Shown here: piece after piece, positions 57,059 to 64,000 of the stretch
Position numbering within the stretch: the stretch's first letter is position 1
Layout of the letters: the number at the start of each line of letters is the position of its first letter
Assembly (NCBI GenBank): GCA_963781885.1
Contig: CAWAHW010000004.1
Span: 480,001-544,000 of the forward strand
Source: an uncultured Spirochaetota bacterium
GTDB taxonomy: Bacteria; Spirochaetota; Spirochaetia; SZUA-6; Fen-1364
Reading direction: 5' to 3'
DNA: 64,000 nt
The notes under the pieces: generated by a model
Seen by the model: only the letters and a program-made list of their open reading frames with translations
Databases searched by the model: none
Told to the model about the DNA's origin: nothing
Position numbers and translations under genes: made by a program

Positions 57059-60000
57059 ATGACAGTCTCTGCTTCGATCGCCGGCTCCGAAAAAGACCGA
57101 ACGCTCCCCGACGAGCATCGCGCGCGCATGGACGCGCGGTATTTCGTGCGCTTCACGCAGCCGGAAATCGACCGCCACGTCGAGGCCATGACGTCGCTGG
57201 GTCCCGCGCGGCCCGTCGCGCTCATCGTGGAGCCGCTGTCCGCCCACGAGGACGCGCAGGAGCTCGCCTGCACGGTCGTCGCCTTCGACCACCCCGGGGC
57301 ATTCTCCGCGATCGCCGGCATCCTCTCCTCGTTGGGCTTCGACATTCATGCAGGAGACATCTTCACGTGGCAGCCGCCGTCACGGAGCGCGCCGAAGGAT
57401 CCCGGCCTGCGGCGCCGCCGCATCGTTGACCGGTTGAGCGGCCGCGTTGCTCCCGACCAGTGGGACTCGTCCTGGCCCGCGCGCGCGGAGGAGAGGCTCC
57501 GCGAGGTGTTCGGACTCCTGGAGGCAGGCGGGGACGCCGCGGCGCGCGCGCGCCAGATCGTGAATGAAATGGCCGCACGCGCCCTGGGCCAGGGCGCCAC
57601 CGCGGCCCGCACGCTCTATCCCGTGCAGATCGAGGTGGGCAACGCGGGCGGCCGCACGCGCATGCGGGTCCTCTCGCAGGACACCCCCTTCTTCCTCTTC
57701 ACGTTTTCCACCGCCCTCACCCTCCAGGAGGTGTCGATCGAGCACGTCACCATCCGCACCGACGGGGGGCGCATCGAGGACGAGTTCGAGTTCGTCGACG
57801 CGCAGGGCAGACCCATCGAGGAGCCGGATCGCATCGACCGCATCAAGCTTTCCGTGCTCCTTACGAAGCAGTTCTCGTCGTTCCTGGAGAGCGCCCCCGA
57901 TCCTCTCGCCGCGCTCACCCGGTTCGAGCAGCTCGTGAAGGACGTGCTCGCCCGACCCCAGCAGGGACGGTGGGTGGAGCTGCTCTCCGACCAGAGCGTG
58001 CTGCGCGATCTCGCCCAGCTCCTCGGCGCGAGCACGTTCCTCTGGGAGGACTTCGTTCGCCTCCAGTACGAAGAGCTTCTCCCCATGCTCGCGCCCCACC
58101 TGGGCGGCGCGCGCTTTTCCGAGCCCCTGGAGGAGACGCCCGGGCGGCTGCGCGCGGCGCTCGCTGGCGCGGCAGACAGCGCCGATTTTGAGCGCCGCCT
58201 GAACGAGTTCAAGGACAGGGAGATCTATCTCTACGACCTGGACCACATCCTCACCACCCGGCGGGCAGCGGAATCATCCACCGGGGACGCCGCGGCCCCT
58301 GCCGCGTCATTTGAATCGGACTTCCTCCTCCTGAGCCGACGCCTGACCGCTCTTGCGGAAGCCGTCGTGGATGCCGCCGCGGCCCACGCATTCCGCGTGC
58401 TCGCCGAGCGATACGGTGAGCCGCGGACCGTCGCCGCGCTACCCGTGCGCTACGCGATACTCGGTCTGGGCAAGATGGGCGGCGCCGCCCTCGGGTATGC
58501 CTCCGACATCGAATGCCTCGTGGTCTACAGCGACAATGGGTCCACCGCGGGTCCGGAGAAGATCGAGAACCGCGAGTTTTTCGACATGATGGTCCGCGAG
58601 CTGCTCCGTCTCGTGCATGCCAAGCGCGAAGGGATATTCCACATCGACCTGCGGCTGCGCCCCTATGGGGCAGCGGGTCCGCTGGGATGCAGCCTGGAAA
58701 GCTTCTGCACGTACTACGCGCGGGGCGGCCCGGCGCACTCCTACGAAAGGCTTTCCCTCGTGCGCCTGCGCGCCATCGGCGGCGACCGGACATTCGGCAG
58801 CCAGATCGAGCGCCTGCGCGACGAGATGGTCTACTCGGCGGAGAGCATCGACCTCACCGCGCTGCGGGCGCTGCGGGCGCGGCAGGTGCAGGAAAAGACG
58901 GAACCCGGCCGGCTCAACGCGAAGTTCAGCCCCGGCGCGCTCGTCGACCTGGAATACGCCGTGCAGATCCTCCAGGTGATCCATGGCGCAACGGAGCGCC
59001 GGCTGCGCACGCCGCGCATCCACGAGGCGCTGGACGCCCTTGCCTCCATCGGCGTCGTTGAAAAGACGGAAGCGATCGAGCTGGTGGCCGCGTACCGCTT
59101 CTTCCGCCGGCTCATCAACGGCCTGCGCATGCTCCGCGGCTCCGCGCGCGACCTGGTGATCCCCGTTCTCGATTCCGACGAGTACCTCCATCTGGCGCGC
59201 CGCATGGGCTATGCTGGCGCGCCGGCCCTCACCCCCGCGCAGAAGCTGCACCTGGACTTCGAGACGAGCACGGCGGGGGTGCGCGCCTTCGTGGAGCGCC
59301 ACTTCGGCAGGGACAGCCTGCCCGGCGCGCCCGTGGTGACGGTGGCGGACCTGATCCTCTCCGATGCGATTTCCCCGGCCCTTTGCGCGCGCACGCTGGA
59401 GGAGCGGGGTTTCCGCGAGCCTGCCCGCGCGCTGCTCAACCTCCGGCACATCCGCGGCGAAGGGCGCACGCTTTTCGCGCGGCTTGCGATACTCGCCTGC
59501 GACATGCTGTCGCATCGCCCCGACCCCGACATGGCGCTCAACAACTGGGAGCGCTTTCTTCACGCGCTGCCCGATCCGCAGGCGCACCTGCAGGAGATGC
59601 TGTCGCAGCCGATGCGGCTGGAAATCCTGCTCAGCATCTTCTCCGCGAGCCAGTTCCTCGCCGACACGCTTGTGCGGGAACCGGCCCTGCTTGATTTCAT
59701 CGGCAGCGCGGAAGCCCTCCACGCGCCCCGCGCGAGCGCGGCGGTGGCCGCGGAGCTTGCCGCGATTTCCGCGCGCTGCGCCGACCGGGAGCAGTGGCGC
59801 GACGCGCTGCGTCGCTACCGGCGCCGCGAAATTCTCCGCATCGGCGCGCGCGATATCTGCCTTGGCGTCGCTACGCAGAAGATCATGGAAGAGCTCTCCG
59901 ATCTTGCCAACGGCGTCATCGAGGCGGCGCTCGTTCGGCTCCGGGCGTCGGCGCGCGGGGAGTCCGGTGGAATCAAGGGCTTCTGCATCGTCGCGTTCGG

Positions 60001-60836
60001 AAAGCTCGGCGCGCGGGAGCTGAATTACAGCTCGGACATCGACCTGCTCGCGCTGTGCACCGCGGACGGCACGTCCGATCCCGAAGAGGCGGCCACCCGG
60101 CTCATGGCGGACCTGCGCGCGGACCTCTCCTCCCACACGGTTGAAGGGTACGCCTACCGGGTGGACCTGCGCTTGCGTCCTTACGGCAGCTCGGGACAGC
60201 TCGTCTTCACGCTCCCGGGCCTCCTGGAATACTACACGACGAACGCGGCGCTGTGGGAGCTGCAGGCCCTGCTCAAAGCGCGCCCCGTTGCGGGCGACCT
60301 TGACGTCGGTGCGGCATTTCTCGAATCCGTGCGGCCAATGCTCGCCGCCCGGCACGACCCCGTCCAGGTGAGCCTCACGATCGACCGTCTCCGCCGGGAG
60401 GCGGTGCGCAGCCTTGCCCGCAGCATCCTCGCCACGCTGGACATCAAGACGGGTCTCGGCGGGCTGCGCGACGTCGAGTTCCTGGTCCAGGGCCTGCAGC
60501 TCGTCAATGCCCACGCCCGGCCCGAGCTCCTGTGCGGCGGCACGCTTCCCGCGCTGGAAGCCCTGGCAAAGGCAGGAATCCTGCCGTCCGATACCGCGGA
60601 CCAGCTCACGCGGGATTACATCTTCCTGCGACGGGTCGAGCATTTCCTGCAGATCTACCGAGGATCGCCAGACGCACAGCCTTCCGCAAGACCCTGCACA
60701 GCTGCGGGCGCTGGCCCGGCTCATGCTCGGCAGCACTGCCACGGGCGACCAGCTCCTCGCCGCGCTCTCTGACAGGTTCACGAGGATACGCGCCGTCTAC
60801 CAGGAGTTCCTTCGGCCGCCGGCGCAGGAGCCGTGA
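57059..60836 (+). CDS. glnE: Glutamine synthetase adenylyltransferase with two N-terminal ACT domains; one frameshift near 60659
   Basis: Two NT domains (GLGKMGGAALGYASDIE...IDLRLRPYG; FGKLGARELNYSSDIDL...VDLRLRPYG) and DIKTGLGGLRDVEF. The natural C-terminus EDRQTHSLP continues in the 60414..60836 frame. Confidence 0.9.
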
Positions 60837-60854
60837 GCGCGGACGGTCGCCCGA

Positions 60855-62408
60855 CTACCGCAGCGGCCCGACCGCCTCGTTCACCCGGTCGATGATGGTG
60901 CCGGCCTTCAAGAGCGCGAGCATTGCCTCGATGTCGCGCGAGAGCTCCCGGTCCCGGTCGAGGACGGGTATCTTCTCCCGGCACGTCCTGTATGCAGCCT
61001 CGGTGCCGCGCCCCGGTCTTCCCTTCGTGAGCAGGTCCACCGCCTGGCATCCGCAGAGAAGCTCGATGGCAAGGACCGCCTCGGCGTTCGCGATGACGGT
61101 CCTGCACTTGCGCGCCGCGATCGTGCCCATGCTCACGTGGTCTTCCTTGTTCGCGGAGGTGGGGATGGAATCGACCGAGGCCGGGTGGCAGAGCACCTTG
61201 TTCTCCGAGACGAGCGCGGCGGCGGTGTACTGCGCGATCATGAAACCCGAGTTCACGCCGGAATCGTTCACGAGGAAAGCCGGCAGCCCGCTGAGCTGCG
61301 GGTTCACGAGCCTCTCGATCCGGCGCTCGGAAATGTCGGCGAGCTCCGCCGCGGCCATGCAGAGATAGTCGGCGGCGAGCGCGAGCGGCTGGCCGTGGAA
61401 GTTCCCGCCGAGCAGGAACTCACCGGTCTCGGGGAAGATGAGAGGATTCGTGGTGGCGGAATCCAGCTCGATCTCGACCACCCTGCGGACATGCGCGACA
61501 GCGTCGCGGCTTGCCCCGTGCACCTGCGGGGAGCAGCGCAGCGTGTAGGCGTCCTGTATCCTGCCGCAGTCCTTGTGGGACGACATGATCGCGCTGTCCC
61601 GCGTGATGCGGTACATGTTGTCCGCTGCCGCGATCTGGCCGGGGTGCGGGCGCGCGGCGTGGATGCGCGGGTCGAACTCCACGTTGGTGCCCATGAGCAC
61701 CTCCAGGCTGATGGAGGAGGCGATGTCCGCGGTGCGCATGAGCCTTTCCGCGTCGTGCACGGCAATGGCCGCGATCCCGGCCATCACCTGCGTACCGTTG
61801 ATGAGGGCAAGACCCTCCCCCGCGTCCAGCACGATGGGGCGCAGCCCCGCTGCCGCAAGCGCCTCCGCGCCGGTCATGCGCCGTCCCTTGAAACAGGCAT
61901 CGCCTTTGCCGATGAGCACCAGCGCGAGATGCGCCATGGGAGCAAGGTCTCCGCTTGCCCCGACGGACCCTTTCTCCGGCACGACAGGCGCGACGCCGGC
62001 GTTCAGAAGGTCCCGCAGCGCCTCCAGCGTCTCCCCGCGCAGCCCCGCGCGGCCGTGGGCGAGGTCCTGCACGCGCACCGCCATGGTGGCCCGCACGACC
62101 TCCTCCGCGAGCGGATCACCGACGCCCGCGGCATGGCTCATGAGGATGTTCTCCTGAAGCGCGCGCGTCTGCGCGGGCGGTATCGCCACGTCGCACAGCG
62201 CGCCGAAACCCGTTGTGACGCCGTAGACGGCGCGCCGCTCGGCGACCCATTTCTCCACGAGAGCGCGCGCCGCGCGGACCCGGCTCATGGCCTCGTCGGC
62301 GATCTGCACGCGCGCGCCGTGCCGCGCCACGGCGACCAGATCCTCAATCGAAAGAGGGCCGTCGCCCATTGTCACGGCCGCCGTCTGCGGCCGGGCCTTG
62401 ACGCTCAT
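60855..62408 (-). CDS. hutH: Histidine ammonia-lyase
   Basis: VYGVTTGFG, MIO motif GSVGASGDLAP, LINGT, QDAYTLRC, GGNFHG and EDHVSMG. Confidence 0.96.
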   Translation of the reverse strand: MSVKARPQTAAVTMGDGPLSIEDLVAVARHGARVQIADEAMSRVRAARALVEKWVAERRAVYGVTTGFGALCDVAIPPAQTRALQENILMSHAAGVGDPLAEEVVRATMAVRVQDLAHGRAGLRGETLEALRDLLNAGVAPVVPEKGSVGASGDLAPMAHLALVLIGKGDACFKGRRMTGAEALAAAGLRPIVLDAGEGLALINGTQVMAGIAAIAVHDAERLMRTADIASSISLEVLMGTNVEFDPRIHAARPHPGQIAAADNMYRITRDSAIMSSHKDCGRIQDAYTLRCSPQVHGASRDAVAHVRRVVEIELDSATTNPLIFPETGEFLLGGNFHGQPLALAADYLCMAAAELADISERRIERLVNPQLSGLPAFLVNDSGVNSGFMIAQYTAAALVSENKVLCHPASVDSIPTSANKEDHVSMGTIAARKCRTVIANAEAVLAIELLCGCQAVDLLTKGRPGRGTEAAYRTCREKIPVLDRDRELSRDIEAMLALLKAGTIIDRVNEAVGPLR

Positions 62409-63046
62409 AGCGTCCCCTCCGAAAGATGCCTGCCGATTTCCCTGTCAATGTGCCCGGTGACGGAAAGCACCGATTCGAGGGTGCGCGCCGCCTGCTCATC
62501 GAGCCCCCTGCGGACGGACGCGTCGAGAATGCCGGGGAGATTGATGCGCACGTTGTATGCCGCGGCCCGGGCGCCCGCGCGCACCATGGCCGCGGCAGAG
62601 GCGGCATCCGTCACGCAGGAAGGGTCGCCGCGGAGGAAAACCTCCTCGACGACGGTCGCCAGGACGCCCAGGGTTTCCAGCGTCTCCAAAGGCACCTCGG
62701 CGCAGTGGATCAGGGCCGCCTGGAGCGCAGCCTTGCGCGCCGTGCGCGCGGGCTCCGTCGCGTGCGGCAGACGGCGCGCCTCCATCACGGCGGTGAATGC
62801 GTCGCAATCCTCCTGCACGAGGCAGCGCAGCCGGTCGCCGTGCTTCTCTGCGGCGTTCAGCGCATCCCGCAATTCCATCCAGGATGAGGCACGGCTCTCC
62901 TTTCCCAGCGTGATCCGGCACACCATGGCGCAGAGCGACGCCGCAAGCGCCCCGGAGAGCGCCGCGACGCTGCCGCCTCCCGGCGCCGGAGAGTCGGAGC
63001 CGAGCTCCGCGAGAAAATCTTCCATCGACATTGCTGAGAGCTTCAC
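62405..63046 (-). CDS. Formiminotetrahydrofolate cyclodeaminase family (FTCD_C)
   Basis: SPAPGGGSVAAL and NVRINL motifs; located inside the hut operon. Confidence 0.9.
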   Translation of the reverse strand: MKLSAMSMEDFLAELGSDSPAPGGGSVAALSGALAASLCAMVCRITLGKESRASSWMELRDALNAAEKHGDRLRCLVQEDCDAFTAVMEARRLPHATEPARTARKAALQAALIHCAEVPLETLETLGVLATVVEEVFLRGDPSCVTDAASAAAMVRAGARAAAYNVRINLPGILDASVRRGLDEQAARTLESVLSVTGHIDREIGRHLSEGTL

Positions 63047-64000
63047 GTTCCTTCCCTTTCATCCAAAGCCCGGCCGCCGCGCGCGGCCAGCGCGCCGCCC
63101 TTGTAGACATCGACGACCGGTGAGATTCCCGCGCGGAATGCAAGGACCGCGGGCGATTCCCCGTCGAGGAGGAGAAAATCGGCCGCCTTCCCGGGGGTGA
63201 GACTCCCCGCCTCGCGCCCCCTCCCGACGGCATATGCTGCATTCAAGGTGGAGGCAGCGAGCGCCTCGTTCACCGAAAGGCCCATCATCATCACGGAAAG
63301 CCCGAACGCAAAGGGCATCGACTCGACGCAGGACGAGCCAGGGTTGCAGTCCGTGGCGATCGCCACGGGCAGCCCGGTTTCGATCATCCTGCGCGCGCGG
63401 GCAAACGGCCGCCGCATGCTGAATGCGGTCACCGGCAGGAGCACCGCGACGGAACCCGCTGTTGCCAGGGCGCGAATACCCTCGTCGGAGGCGGCCAGGA
63501 GATGGTCCGCCGATGCCGCGCAAAGCGATGCGGCCAGCAGCGCGCCCCCATGTCTCGTGGAGCTCGTCGGCATGCATCTTCACACCCATGCCCGCTGACG
63601 CCGCGGCCTCCAGGATCTTCCGCGACTGCTCCGGACTGAAGACCCCCTGCTCGCAGAAGACGTCGCAGAAAAGGGCCCCCGCGCGGCGGGCTTCGGGAAG
63701 CATGGCGATCACCGCCTCAACGTAGTCATCGGGCCTGCCCTCGAACTCGGGAGGCACCGCGTGCGCCGCCATGAACGTCGGGATGACTGAAAGGGCCGTT
63801 TCCTCTCCCAGCCTGCGGATCGCGGCGAGCTGTTTCAGCTCGTTGTCCACGTCCAGGCCATAGCCGGTTTTAATTTCGATGGTGGTCGTGCCGAGGGAAA
63901 GCGCCGACAGCGCCCGTCGGCGCGTTGCCGCGTACAGCTCCGCAGGCGCGGCGGCGCGCACCGCTGCCACGGAGGAGAGTATGCCCCCTCCCTTCCTCAA
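63043..64000 (-). CDS. hutI: Imidazolonepropionase, 5'-truncated by window edge; one frameshift near 63553
   Basis: GGGILSSV, GTTTIEIKTGYGL, DVFCEQGVF and HADEL in one frame; SADHL, ATDCNPGS and GKAADF in the other. Confidence 0.92.

Noticed and set aside
577-63200. Many long alternative-frame or antisense ORFs (e.g. 2908..4881+, 6637..8646+, 23133..25556+, 58439..60781-, 61137..63200+)
   Set aside because: They shadow well-supported genes and have no motifs of their own. Such ORFs are expected in high-GC DNA with few stop codons.

Overview
A GC-rich, gene-dense bacterial core-genome segment of about 50 CDS. It is most consistent with a free-living Spirochaetota member: eukaryote-like MetRS, MurE with a DEDPR motif plus FemX, a DUF5312-like protein and a prfA-prmC-rel operon. 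It encodes a phosphorelay, translation and RNA-modification genes, cell-envelope genes and queD/queG. It also has an orphan adenine methyltransferase, a sigma54-type glnA, an unusual ACT-ACT-GlnE fusion and part of a hut operon. I see no rRNA, tRNA, CRISPR array, transposase or prophage. Six genes are split by single frameshifts, most likely assembly indels. The main leads are: (1) a dispersed intergenic hairpin family with covarying stems and a TANN loop (9 copies in 3 clusters, as tandem, inverted-doublet and nested forms); (2) a nitrogen locus with a sigma54 promoter, tandem non-NtrC palindromes, a structured glnA leader, GlnE carrying GlnD-type ACT domains and a 649-aa putative atypical kinase; (3) repeated leaderless promoter architecture. 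All family assignments come from motif recognition by eye, not database searches.
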